Assembly (NCBI RefSeq): GCF_963921235.1
Contig: NC_086109.1
Coordinates: 31,932,001 to 31,996,000 of the forward strand
Reading direction: 5' to 3'
Source: Mobula hypostoma
Taxonomy: Eukaryota
DNA length: 64,000 nucleotides
The notes beneath the pieces are model-generated. The model was given only the letters and a program-made list of their open reading frames with translations, was not told where the DNA came from and did no database searches. Positions 11,767-24,095 of the stretch are shown piece by piece (within the stretch, counting starts at the first letter, position 1; the number at the start of each line of letters is the position of its first letter). Made by a program: the position numbers and the translations under genes.

Positions 11767-12626
11767 ACAGTGGTATGCAAATGTTTGGGCAGCTCTTGTC
11801 AAAATTTCTGTTACTGTGAATAGCTAAGCGAGTAAAAGATGAACTGATTGCAAAAGGCATAAAGTTAAAGATGACACTTATTTAAATATTTTAAGTAAGA
11901 AAACTTTTTGATTTCCATCATTTACAGTTTCAAAATAACAAAAAAGGAAAAGGGCCTGAAGCAAAGGTTTGGGCACCCTGCATGGCAGTACTTAGTGACA
12001 CCCCCTTCGGCAAGTATCAGAGCTTGTAAACGCTTTTTGTAGCCAGCTAAGAGTCTTTCAATTCTTGTTTGGGGGATTTTCACCCATTCTACCTTGCAAA
12101 AGGCTTCCAGTTCAGTGAGATTCTTGGGCCGTCTTGCATGCACTGCTCTTTTGAGGTCTATCCACAGATTCTCGACGATATTTAGGTCAGGGGACTGTGA
12201 AGGCCATGGCAAAACCTTCAGTTTGAGCTTCTTGAGGTAGTCCATTGTGGACTTTGAGGTGTGTTAGGTTCATTATCCTGTTGTAGAGCCCATCCTCTTT
12301 CCATCTTTGGCTTTTTTTACAGACAGTGTGATGTTTGTTTCCAGAATTTGCTGGTATTTAATTGAATTCATTCTTCCCTCTACCAGTAAATGTTCCCCGT
12401 GCCACTGGCTGCAACACAAGCCCAAAGCATGATTGATCCACCTCCATGCTTAACAGTTGGGGAGGGGTTCTTTTCATGAAATTCTGCACCCTTTTTTCTC
12501 CAAACATACCTTTGTTCATTGCAGCCAAAAAGGACTATTCAAAAGGTTCAGAGGAACATCTAAACAAGCCTGATACATTTTGGAAACAATTCATGTGGAC
12601 TGATGAAGTTAAAATAGAACTTTTTG
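11767..12626 (-). mobile_element. Tc1 transposon, 3' half (degraded transposase plus one TIR)
   Basis: Minus strand: TVKHGGGSIMLWAC, WPSQSPDLNIVENLW, GGVTKY; TIR 'tacagtggtatgcaaatgtttgggca' at a TA run; 12533-12626 inverted (FWKQFMWTDEVKIELF on +). Confidence 0.9.
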
Positions 12627-12629
12627 CAC

Positions 12630-12860
12630 AATACAATACATCCTCTCATAGGCAAGTGGCCAAAACTGTGCACACTATTCCAGTTGATGTTTCACCAACA
12701 CCCTATACAAATGTAATCAGACTCCCTTTTTTTAAAACTCCAACCCCTTTGCAATAAAGGCCAATATACCAATTGTCTTCTTACCTCCTCATTCAACATG
12801 CCTTCTAACTTTTTGTCATTCATGCATGAGAATACCTGGTTCCCTCTGAATTTCACTCAT
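12630..12860 (-). mobile_element. Old CR1 ORF2 fragment
   Basis: 'ccaaaactgtgcacactattccag...caataaaggccaatatacc' is the reverse complement of the LVRPHLEYC..FW region. Confidence 0.55.
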
Positions 12861-13994
12861 TGGCAGGCTCTCTTCATTTTGATAATAAACCACCTTCTGA
12901 ATTCAAGCTTTAGTTCCAACAACGATGAAGAAATAATAAAAAATTTCCAAGGCAGGATGGCAGGGGATTCGGGGAAGAACTTGCAGCTGGTGACATTCAC
13001 ATAAAGGAACAGATGGAGTTTAATTTAACATTGCATCTGCAAGACAACTATTTTTTTGAACAGAGTACTAAGCTTATTGTACTGAAGCATTTGCTTTGTA
13101 ATTAGCCTGCTTTATTTAACTAAGCGAGGTCTACAACTTCCACTCACCTTAGAACTGATAATGTTGCACACATACCTAATCTGCATTCTGAAATGTAATC
13201 TAGCTGTGTAAGACTACTTTGTCACAGAGCATTCCCTGATGCATGGGTAGATGGGAACACTACCTCAGGATGGAATCCTACGAAGGAACAGAACTTTAAA
13301 AAATATCAGGAAAGGCACTATTTATATAATGTCACAATACATTTAGCATGAATGGAATTTAGAGTCACTTGTGGATTTTACAACTCATTTAGTCAAACTT
13401 TCCTAATTCTAAATTCCAGCTATGAGATTACACTGGTTATATTGGAAAAGAATGCAGAATTATAGTATGTTGTTTTGTTCTCCTAGATATTTGTGATATA
13501 TTGGTACAACAGACATGAGTTAATGTGATTTGAGTTCCACTGATGCAGAAGAATAAGAATTACTTGCTGTGGTAATGATTATGTGTGATAATTAAGCACA
13601 CAACTTGTGCCAACAGTTCTACAAAATGTTTGTAACATGTAGCTTTACATCTTTTTAGCTAAGAATAGATATTTTCTTCTTAGATAAAAATTCCAACATT
13701 TGTGTATTTAACTGACAAATTGAAGCAACATACAAGAGAAATGAAAATAGAGTATCCTTTGAGCAGCTGTCGTAAAAGATGAAAAATATTTGATGGAGCA
13801 AGGATGTAACTGAACTGTTTTCTATTAAGCTATTGATAAACATAGGCACTTTTCTGACTTCCCTTGAAATATGTCATTAAGAAAATTGAAGAAGAGATAC
13901 TGAACAGACATGGCAGATCTGAAGGCTGTTTCTGCTGGCTCTCTCTTAGCAGGTGCTCCAGTTCATCAGTAGAAACTTCATACCAAAAGCAAGT

Positions 13995-14915
13995 TTCTTC
14001 CCCTGTGCTTTCTGCTTTCCTCAGGGACCACTCCCTGTGTGACTCCCTTGTCCATTTGTCCCTCCCCATTGATCTCCCTCCTGGAATTTATCCTTGCAAG
14101 TGTAACAAGTGCTATGCCTGCCCATACACCTACACCCTCACTATCATTCAGGGCCCCAAATAGGCCTTCCAGATGTCGTGACACTTCACCTCTGAGTCTG
14201 TTGGGGTCATCTACTGCTTCTGGTGCTCCTGGTGTAACTTCCCGTATAACGGTGAGACCCAACATAGATTGGGGGACTGCTTCGCCAAGTATCCGCACTC
14301 CATCCGCTAGTAAAAGCAGGATATCCCAGTGGCCACCCATTTAAATACCACTTCCCTTTCCCATTCCAACATGTCAATCCATGGCCTCCTCTGCTGTCGA
14401 GATGAGGCCACACTTAAGTTGGAAGAACAACATCTTATATTCCATTTGGGTAGCCTCCAACCTAATGGCATGAACATCGATTTGTCAAACTTCTGGTAAT
14501 GCCCCCCCTACACTATTCCCCATTCCCATTTTCCTCTCTCACCTTATCTCCTGTCCTGCCCTTCACCTCTCTCTGGTGCTTCTCCCCCTTTTCTTTCTTC
14601 CATATCAGATTCACCCTTTCTTTCTATCAGATTCCCCCTTCTCCAGCCCTGTATCTCTTCCACTAACTAACCTCCCAACTCTTTACTTCACCCCCTCCCC
14701 TCCTGGTTTCACCTATCACTTTGTGTTTCTTCCTCCCCTTCCCCCACCTTCTAACTCTGGCACCTCAGCTTTTTTTCTCCAGTCCTGCTGAAGGGTCCCA
14801 GCCCGAAACATCAACAATACTCTTTTCCATAGATGCTTCCTGGTCTGCTGAGTTCCTCCAGCCTTTTGTATGTGTTGTTTGGATTTCCAGCATCTGCAGA
14901 TTTTGCCTTGTTTGT
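13995..14915 (+). mobile_element. Penelope-like element, GIY-YIG endonuclease end plus pLTR
   Basis: PGIYPCKCNKCYACPY...QGPK, HFTSESVGVIYC..C..C...YNGET (GIY-YIG); pyrimidine-rich tract; degenerate hammerhead 'ctgctgaagggtcccagcccgaaac'. Confidence 0.88.
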
Positions 14916-15564
14916 GTTGAGAAAACCATCCTCCGGTTTTTTCAACATTACATTATTTTACAGCAGAAATAAATAATAGACAATTTCCTACAATCCAATT
15001 AGATCCATTGCATGTAAGATTAAGAATGGGCGGTCATTTCAACTAGATGCCAAAAAAAGGACTTTGTTTTCATACACAGGATGAAAACGTTGTTGGCAAA
15101 ACCATCTCTTATATACATCAGTGAGGTAGCATAGAGCTGCCTGACTGCTACCTGTCTGTTGAAGGTACTAAACAACAGTGAGATTGAGATGGATGTTCAC
15201 TTGCAGTGGCTCGAGAAGCTTATTGCCAACCTCAGCTTTCTAGCACAGCAGCATGACCTTTCCAAAGGGCCAGAGTTGCTGGTGGCAAAGTTAAACTTCT
15301 AACGAATATTCCTTGCTTGGCTTCTTGTTGTAAGCAAAAACCAGTTGTCAGTACTTAACATAAATTGCCAGCGGTAATCAGTTTGAAGCTAAAATCACGG
15401 CTTGGCAAACTGCAGTTTTTTTTTACAGAGTACAGGCTGCTGACCCACAGCAGGGGCTGGCAGTTCAAGAGATATGGTTTGCAAAATGAATTGATCATGA
15501 GTCTTGTTTGTATTGGTCAACTGCAAGACAATGGAGTTATGCCACTTAGCACATCAAACATGCC

Positions 15565-15872
15565 TTCTGTCCTCGCCTATTAGATTCCCCCTTCTCCAGC
15601 TCTGTATTTCTTTCATCAGCCGACTTCCCAGCTCTTTACTTCATCACTCACCCATCCCAATTTCACCAATCACCTTGTGTTTCTTCACTCCTCACCTCAC
15701 CTTCTAACTCTGACTCCTCATCTTTTTTCCCTCCAGTCCTGCTGAAGTGTCTCAGCCCAAAACGCCAAATGTATTCTTTTCCATAGATACCGCCTGGCCT
15801 GTTGAGTTCCTCCAAAATTTTGTATGCGTCGTTTTGGATTTCCAGCATCTGCAAATTTTCTCTAGTTTGCGA
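15565..15872 (+). mobile_element. Penelope-like pLTR fragment
   Basis: Aligns by eye with 14620-14915. Confidence 0.8.
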
Positions 15873-16629
15873 TGATCACACACATAACTGATCTATTAAT
15901 AGTTGGGATATTTGTGTTCTCAGCGAGTAGGGCCTCACAGCATTAATTTAGGTGTCTGGGATCTCTGTCCTCAGAAGCTTTTTGACCATCTTTGTGAATT
16001 ATTTCATCACAGCAAAGGTATGGAAAACATCAGATACAAATAATGCCAACTTATAGCAAAACAGTATAAATATTAGAAAAAAATGGATGAATCAGACAGT
16101 GCTGAACAACTCTATAACAATCAAACCATATTTGAAATATATTGAAGAGTATATTAAGGGCATGCTTCTCATATTTGTCTAAGTGGCAGAAGATATAAGA
16201 ATATGAGATGCTGATAGCTAGGTCTATCTTTTCCAGTTGCTTTGCTGCTATCGATGTTTCTTTCAAGTGATATTTTAGCAGCTAGTCATCATTTCAAAGG
16301 ATAGTAGCAGGGGGTAATTAGTACGAGACTTCCATTTTAGTGTTCTGCCTCATGCCACCAGACTTCAGAGGATCTGGGAGTTAATGTGCTACTTCTTTCC
16401 AACTATACCATCATATCTAGCCTCATAGTCATGCCAGTGGGTAAGACATAGCAGAAATTGTGATGCAGTTTAAGACTTTAGTTGAAAGAACTGTTCCACT
16501 GAAAACAAGTAATGTTAAACTTTAAGGGGATTATTGGAATGGGCAACTTATCTCTAACATAGTGAAGTGCAAAATAATTTTATTTGAAAAAATGGGATTG
16601 TCAATATTACCAAAAGACTAATAAGGCGT

Positions 16630-17160
16630 ACAGAGGCTTTTGAAGGTGCTAAAGTTCTTATAAAGCTGATTAACAAAGCATACTGAATGCTGGGATTTAT
16701 AAAGGGGAATCAACAGCACACACATGAGAGTTAAAGAGAACTTCTATAATCCATTATTTGTCCAGAAGGATCTTTAGTCTGATTCTGGATGCCACACTCT
16801 AAAATGGACAAGATAGCCTTAAAGAGAACACAGAAAAAGAATCTGTGAAGATTTAACGGAATGCTTCCAGAAATGAAAGAGAAGATAGATCTGTACTTTT
16901 TCAGAAAATGAAGAATTACTGATTGACTGGTCATGCAATCAACAAAAATAGCAAAGGAGACATGATCAAAATGTTTCTCATGAAGTGTGCAGATCTGATG
17001 TGGTGTTGATTGGCTAAAAATTGAGATATCTTTCAAAAACGAGTGGTAAAGGTTGTAGAAGGATAAAAATGGAGAACTTCAGAGCAAAAGCAAGGAAATA
17101 GGACTGATTAAAATACTCTTGGAAAAAATGTGTTGGGTTGGACAGTTTCTGATCTGCACA
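16630..17160 (+). mobile_element. Ancient CR1 3' fragment
   Basis: 'atgctgggatttataaagggg', 'ttctggatgccacactctaaaatggaca', 'atgcttccagaaatgaaag' are decayed CR1 ORF2 C-terminal motifs. Confidence 0.5.
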
Positions 17161-18021
17161 GTTCCACAAGACTAGTGTTCAATAATTCATATCAGGCTGG
17201 TGCTAGACAAATTGATGGGACAGCTATTCCAATTTTATTATTTCCAACTGTTACTGGAAGGAATTTGTTCTGTCAAAGTGTTCCCTTTCGCTTTATGTTT
17301 ACTCCATTTTGAAGCAACCTTATCTTTATCTCATTTTCAGAGCTTGCCAATGAACCTAGATTCTAAAGGCCCAAGAATGGCATTTTGAGATGATACACTA
17401 TCACAACAAATTACCTCATATTTGTTCCAGATTATATTTTATTTTTGTTGTCCCTAAGGTAAATAAAACACACATTTTCCAGTGGTAATCTCTGGGAACG
17501 ATAGAACTATTAGTGAAGAAAAGACAGATGTGTCCAAAAAGGACCCATTTGATTATGTCTCAGGAGGTTAATGGACAAAAGACAGAGAAAGACAAAGCAT
17601 TGGAGAAATCTGAAAATTTGGGAGTTTCATAGATCAGGGATCAATGCAAACAACAAATATAGTGATACTGAATTAATAGGAATGAATGCAATTAAAGATA
17701 GGGCCACAGAGCTTAGATGTACATAAATTAATCCAACATTGAAGATAGAAGCACACCTGAGTGAGCATAAAACTGAGGTCAACCATTAGTATTCTTACTA
17801 GTGTATTGAATATACTATATACCATGTTTTTTTTAAATGTGAAGGATTTTATAAAATGTTCAACCTTGACCAGACATTATCTTTTCACACACTTCTACCG
17901 AACAAATTTGATGCTGGTAGGGTACTATATTTGGGCAATATACACAGCCTAAGATGTAGGATATGGTCCATATAAAGAATGATTATGGTCACATGGCAAG
18001 AGATGCTGCATGTAGGGAACA

Positions 18022-18795
18022 TACACTCAGTGGCCACTTCATTTGGGAAAATCATGTGGCACAACTCAATGCATGAAAGCATATAGACATGGTCAAGAGA
18101 TTCTGTTGTTGTTCAAACCTACGTAACATCAGAATAGGGAACAAATGCAATCTAAGTGACTTTGACCATGGAATGCAAACATGAGGAATTCTGCAGATGC
18201 TGGAAATTCAAGCAACACACATCAAAGTTGCTGGTGAACGCAGCAGGTCAGGCAACATCTTTAGGAAGAGGTACAGTCGACGTTCCAGGCCAAGACACTT
18301 CGTCAGTCCTGACAAAGGGTCTCAGTCTGGAACATCGACTGTACCTCTTCCTAGAGATGCTGCCTGACCTGCTGCGTTCACCAGCAACTTTGATGTGTGT
18401 TGCTTGACCATGGAATGATTATTGGTGCAAAATGGGATGGTTTGAATACCTCAGAAATTGCTGATATCCTGGGATTTTCATGCACAATGGTCTCTAGGGT
18501 TTACAGAGAATTCTGCAAAAAAAAACTGGAAAAACATCCAGTGAGTGGTGATTCTGTGTGCAAAAATACCATGTTAATGAAAGAGGTTAGAGGAGAATGG
18601 CTAGACTGGTCTGATTGAAGCTGACAGGAAGGAGACAGTAATTTAAATAAATACACATTACTACAGTGGTGTGCAAAAGCGCATCTCTGAATGTATAACA
18701 CATCGAACCTTGAGGTGGATGGGCTGCAGCAGTAGAATACCATGAACATGCAGTCAGTGGCCACTTTCTTAGGTACAGGAGGTACCTAATAAGGG
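18022..18795 (+). mobile_element. Internally deleted Tc1 element (N-terminal paired-like HTH), interrupted by a PLE fold-back
   Basis: 'tacactcagtggccactt' terminus (repeated ~18753); LSDFDHGMIIGA..DGLNTSEIADILGFSCTMVSRVYRE. Confidence 0.8.
18176..18403. mobile_element. Penelope-derived fold-back (palindromic) insertion
   Basis: ~99-bp inverted arms 18208-18306 / 18309-18407; 14-bp direct repeat ttgaccatggaatg at 18162-18175 and 18404-18417. Confidence 0.85.
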
Positions 18796-19869
18796 AATAA
18801 TTCCCAATCAATGACATAGTGAACCCTCTGTCACATTACATTTTTAAAAGGCATTAAGAGGACCATCTTCAAAAAGTTTAATTTGTTTTATTCTGACATG
18901 TTCAAAACTTTATATTTAGATGCGCTCTCAAAAAAGACAGCTAATTGAGGTCCCATTTCTATATACAGTCAATCATTATATTGTTTGCACAACTATGGCA
19001 TGACATTTGAGTCATTAAAATTCACATCATTTTCTGCACCTTAATCTAGGAACCGATTTTTAGATAGACTTCTGGAAAGGAAGGATCTGTCTTTGATTTG
19101 AAGAAAATTTCTTGACTTGTATCTAACAGAAACACATTAAAAAATGTGGGACATACTGCTGATCAGGCACTGAATTTTAATGAAAAAGCCTATTATGCTG
19201 TACATTGCAAAACATAAAATACGGGGTTTTCTTTCTCTGTGAAACTGTGTTGCTTGAATTTCCAGCATCTGCAGAATTCCTGTTGTTTGCAGTCATAACA
19301 AATCAGCTTTCCCCTTCCACTTTTGACTCTTTCTTTCTCTTTATTTTTCTAAACATGTTTTCTCTTCTTTTTTACCTCTTCTGCTCTTTCTTTATATTCA
19401 AAAAGGTGCAGCCTACATTTCTGGGCAGAAATTCTGAATAGCACTTTTCTCTGCTCCTCCCTTCCGCACTCATCACTCATGCATTCCTCCCCCATTAGTG
19501 TGTAACATGACAGGTAATCAATACGGATCAATGCTGTCATTTGAGAGTGGAGATGCCATTAAGGTGCAGGATGTTGGCTTGGAGCATAATTGTTTGAGGT
19601 CATTTAGATCATGTAGCCTTGGAATTTTTAATAGAATGTCATGGAGAGTGTGACGAGAAGGTTACAGATGAGTGTTAGAGGTAAAGGTTGACATTGTAAC
19701 AACTGTGCACTCACAAGGAGGGTTTGTATGTCAGATTCCTGAGTGGAACTTATGCAAGGGCTGTCATATAGCATAGTAATTGTCTGGTAACTTCAGTCAC
19801 AATTAGTTAAAGGAAATGTTATCCCACTGACTTATCCTTCTTTGTAACAGTTTATCAGAAGATCCATCA

Positions 19870-20638
19870 AGAGGACCACAACCTTGCTGTGGTTTGAAGG
19901 CTAGCGTGCCTCAGTGACCTGGAGAGCTATATTGGCTGGAGTCAGGGCTTTATGTTTTGGCTCTTAGTCATAGTCATAGTCATACTTTATTGATCCTGGG
20001 GGAAATTGGTTTTCGTTACAGTTGCACCGTAAATAATTAAGTAGTAATAAAACCTTAAATAATTAAATAGCAATATGTAAATTATGCCAGGAAATAAGTC
20101 CAGGACCCTCTTATTGGCTCAGGGTGTCTGACCCTCCAAGGGAAGAGTTGTAAAGTTTGATGGCCACAGGCAGGAATGACTTCCTATGATGCTCTGTGTT
20201 GAATCTCAGTGGAATGAGTCTCTGGCTGAATGTACTCCTGTTCCCACCCAGTACATTATGTAGTGGATGGGAGATATTGACCAAGATGGCATGCAACTTG
20301 GACAGCATCCTCTTTTCTTTTGGTAGGGCTACCCATGTCAAAGAGATCAAAGGGTAGAGACCAGACTAAGAGTCGTCCACCGGTCCTCCAGGTTTGGGAG
20401 TTCAGCTCAGGGCTAATGACCCCGACTGGTCAAATAAAACTGTTACAGAAACAGCAGTGAACGATCCTTCTACATCCGAGTGAGACGGTATTCCTGAGTC
20501 TCCAACCAGGACTTGTATGAATGACAGGAGTGAAAACCAAGAGGAAACTATTGACATGATGAAAGAAGCTGTGAAGACTGCCGAAGATGGAGGACCTTCA
20601 TTGCTGCCCTAAATGCCAGCAGTGTAACCAGCAGTAAG
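19870..20638 (+). mobile_element. Non-autonomous bipartite RTE-type retroposon, interrupted by a Rex1 fragment
   Basis: 5' 'ggaccacaaccttgctgtggtttg...ggtagggctacccatg...ggtcctccaggtttggg...gggctaa'; 3' 'aagatggaggaccttcattgctgccctaaatgccag...cagtaag'. Confidence 0.65.
19966..20318 (-). mobile_element. Rex1/Babar LINE 3' end
   Basis: Reverse complement of 29875-30290; (tagtca)n tail; MLSKLHAIL...SFLPVAIKLYNSS. Confidence 0.9.
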
Positions 20639-20694
20639 CTGACAGAAGATGGTGTGCCACCTCTGGACAGATTAAATATGGTTAGGTATCACAG

Positions 20695-21310
20695 TTCAAA
20701 GTTCAAAGTAAATTTATTATCGAAGTACATATATGCCAAGTGGCCATGTGGTTAAGGCGTCAGTCTAGTGATCCGAAGGTCACTAGTTCGAGCCTCAGCT
20801 GAGGCAGCGTGTTATGTCCTTGAGCAAGGCACTTAACCACACATTGCTCTGCGATGACTCTGGTGCCAAGCTGTATCGGCCCTAATGCCCTTCCCTTGGA
20901 CAACATCAGTGGTGTGGAGAGGGGAGACTTGCAGCATGGGCAACTGCCGGTCTTCCATACAACCTTGCCTGGGCCTGCTCCCTGGAAACCTTCCAAGACG
21001 CAAATCCATGGTCTCACGAGACTAACGGATGCCTATTATTACAAATATGCCACTATATACTACTTGAAGATACACCTTCTTGCAGAAGTTCACAGTAGAA
21101 CAATGAAACACAATAGAATCAATGAAAAACTACACAAAAAGACAGAAAATCAACTAATGTGTAAAAGACAAACTGTGTAAATAATAAATAAATAGATAGA
21201 TAGATAGATAGATAATACTGAGAACATGCGTTGAAGAGTCCTTGAAGGTGAATGCATAGTTGTGAAATCAGTTCAGTTCAGCGTTGAGCTAAGAGAAGTT
21301 ATCCATATTA
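20695..21310 (-). mobile_element. Rex1-type 3' tail element ((ttgaac)n tail), split by a SINE; (taga)n at ~21193-21213
   Basis: 'gttcaaagttcaaagtaaatttattatc' start shared with 51040-51365. Confidence 0.6.
20739..21044 (+). mobile_element. tRNA-derived SINE with CORE-like domain
   Basis: A box tggccatgtgg, B box agttcgagcc, 'tgtccttgagcaaggcacttaacc'; second copy at 38468; TSD atatgcca 20731-20738 / 21045-21052. Confidence 0.85.
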
Positions 21311-21839
21311 ATTTCAGTATCAACATGGCGATTTTAGCAACTCATTAACATAATGTTAATGTATGTAATCTGCATAAACATATAATCATTGATTAACTGC
21401 AGCAATGCTTGAAGTAAGCAATAAAAATAGGGCAGTATGCTGAAGAGCGTTCCAATCATTTGTTGATTCAGGAAGGGGTTGGGAAAAAAATATTCAAATT
21501 GCTGAATATTAAATTGAGAAGGCTGGCCAAATTTCATCATTGCTATTGTGGTCCTGGTATCTTCCCATGCATGGAGAAAAGCAAGCTATACACACTACAG
21601 CGACTCAGTAGCACTGAGACAAAACATCACAAGTCACATGTTTGCAAGCTGAGGAATTACTTCACATGAGATTACACAGGGTGGTAACACTTCATTGCTG
21701 CGTGGTGAGGATAGGGGCAGGATACAACCTCTGAAAAGTATGACATGAACAGGAACCACAGAGACAGAAAAAGAAGAGACTACATGTTGGTAGAGCATGA
21801 GATGAAGAAGATGGTTGTTTAAATATACAGAAGCTCATA

Positions 21840-22240
21840 TGCAGATGGCAGAGTGGAAGAAGCTGCTCCTAAATCATTGATTGTGGGTCTACAGCCTCCT
21901 GTAAGGGTATTGATGAGAAGAGGGCATGCCCTGGATAGTGAGGGCTATTAGTGACAGACAGCGCTTTCCTGAGGCACCACCTCTTGAAGATGTCCTTGAT
22001 GGTGGGGCAGAGTTGTGCCTGTGATGGAACTAGCTGAGTCTGAGTCTACAATCCTCCTTAGGCTCCTGCAATCCTATGCATTGGTGCCTTCATACCAAGC
22101 TGTAATGTAACCAGCCAGAATGCTCTCCTCTGTTCTCCTCTAAACATCTGAAAGATTCTTCAGTGACATATCAAATCTTCTCAAACTCCTAATGAAATCG
22201 AACCGTTGGGGTACCTTCTTCATGATCACATCAATGTGTT
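21840..22240 (-). mobile_element. Old Rex1/Babar fragment
   Basis: 'aagaagctgctcctaaatc...gtcttc/ctacagcctcctgta', 'caaatcttctcaaactcctaatgaaatcgaaccgttgg'; related to the reverse complement of 42630-43220. Confidence 0.55.
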
Positions 22241-22424
22241 ACGATGTTATATTACAGTTGGACAAAACATTGGTTCAACTGCATTTTAATTAATATGCAG
22301 CGTTCTGGTTGCCACACAATAGAAGGATATGATAGCATGAAAGAGGGTGCTGAAGAGATTCACCTGGATATTGTCTGTGTTAGAGATCTGCAGTTACATG
22401 GAGAGATAACATAGCCTTTATTTG

Positions 22425-23275
22425 CTCAAGTTTAAGTTTAATTGTCATTAAACCATACATGAATATTAGATTAGATTAGATTAGGTTAGATTATGAAGAC
22501 ACGCAGTCCTCTTTTATTGTCATTTAGTAATGCATGCATTAAGAAATGATACAATGTTTCCTCCGGTGTGATATCACAAAACACAGGACAGACCAAGACT
22601 GAAAAAACTAACAAAACCGCATAATTATAACATATAGTTACAACAGTGCAACAATACCATAACTTGATGAAGAAGTCCATGAGCACAGTAAAAAGTTCAA
22701 AGTCTCTCAAATGTCCCACATCTCACGCAGACAGGGGAAGGAAGAAAAACTCTCCCTGCCATGCCGACCACAGTCCGACTCTGAGTCATCCGAAAACTTC
22801 GAGCCTCCGATTCAGCTCTCCGACACCGAGTACTGAGAGCCATCTCTGTCCAATTCAACCTGAATCTCGGATTTTGAGGCCTTCCCTCCGAAAGATTCCC
22901 GACCGCGCAGTAATGACAGCAGCGAACGAGCGTTTCAGAAATTTCTCCAGGTGTTCCTCTGTGCTTTCACGTCCATCTCCTTCAAATCAGAATTGTTCAC
23001 GGCCACGACCCCTTTTCACTGGAGGGCTGCACACGCGCAGTGCGCTGCTCGCTCTCCTCCCGAATATCTATGTAAACAGCCAAATGAAGCAGCATTATCT
23101 GGGTCTAAGGTACACAACACAGTGCCAATAGTCACACACAGCACCTGGCAATGTAGCACTTATAAGATTGCAAGCACTTATAAGAAATCAGTAAAATAGC
23201 CACACAAAATAAATATAGTCCAAGACCCTGAATCCATGAATGTTTCAGCAGTCTGGATGAGCACAATACGACTTA
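22425..23275 (-). mobile_element. 3' fragment of the 33414-34400 retroposon family, host to a nested insertion
   Basis: 'caagtttaagtttaattgtcattaaaccatacatgaata...tatgtaaacagccaaatga' is the reverse complement of 34310-34400. Confidence 0.65.
22467..23061 (-). mobile_element. Non-coding retroposon, (TCTAA)n-tail family, copy 1
   Basis: (ttaga)n tail; aligns with 43941-44632 and reverse of 53931-54620; TSD gaatat 22461-22466 / 23062-23067. Confidence 0.85.
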
Positions 23276-23279
23276 CTTT

Positions 23280-23680
23280 CTGCTGAGCAAACACTGGGAA
23301 GCTGTTGGGTGACCTTGCAGGGGCTTACAAAATTTTGAGGGGCATAGATAGAATAGTTGCTCTTTTTTTCTCAGGTGATTGAAGTCTGGAACTAAAGGGC
23401 ACAGGTTTAACATGAGAGGGGAGAGATTTAAATAGGAACTAAGGGGTATGCTTTTCACACAGAGGATGATAAATATTTGAAATGAGCTGCAGGATGAGTT
23501 GGTGGAGGCAGATACTATTTTTATATTTAAAAGGCATTTGAACACGTTTTTGTATCAAAAAGAAATAGAGAGATATGGGCCTAACACAGGTACATGGGAT
23601 AAGTGTAGATAGACATCACAGTTGCTATGGATGAGATGGGCCATTAGGGCCCCTTTCTTTGCAATACTTTTCTTATGCTT
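23280..23680 (+). mobile_element. Older CR1 3' end
   Basis: 'gggtgaccttgcaggg..caaaattttgaggggcatagatag', 'aactaaagggcacaggtttaa', 'tatgggcctaacacagg'. Confidence 0.7.
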
Positions 23681-23992
23681 CTATTATAAAACTCGCCTTG
23701 CTTGTTTCTTTGTCTCAATCCTAGTAATTGTTTTTTTTTGTGTGTGTTCCAAATCAATAGAACAATGAGATTTAACCCTGAAAAATCCTGGAGCACTGAT
23801 GATCTGTTATGATCAGAAGAACTCCATTTTGGTCCTTGATGTACCAACGCAACCTGAAAATCACTTACATTCCTTTGGCATGTGCAAGTTTATTTAGGCT
23901 TGAAACTCATGAGTTGAAACCTATTGCTTCTGTTCAGCTTTCCTTCATCTCTGGACCCTGCCCCACCTCAGATGACTCCCACCCAAAAATCC

Positions 23993-24095
23993 AAAGCAAC
24001 ACACACAAAATGCTGGAGGAACTCAGCAGGCCGGGCAGCATCTATAGAAAAGAATAAACAATCAACATTACGGGCTGAGACCTTTCATCAGGACA
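23993..24095 (-). mobile_element. Penelope-like pLTR tail
   Basis: 'acacacaaaatgctggaggaactcagcaggccgggcagcatc...gggctgagacctttcatcaggac'. Confidence 0.8.

Noticed and set aside
13010..13170. DeuSINE/AmnSINE-like remnant (also ~51540-51640)
   Set aside because: Only faint similarity from memory of the consensus; cannot be supported without an nhmmer search
20739..20815. tRNA gene (also 38471-38545)
   Set aside because: A/B boxes are present but continue into a shared SINE body, tail and TSD; these are SINE heads
22646..23131. 161-aa ORF and similar ORFs at 44197-44646 and 54001-54477
   Set aside because: They lie in copies of one non-coding retroposon family, and reading frames are not conserved between copies
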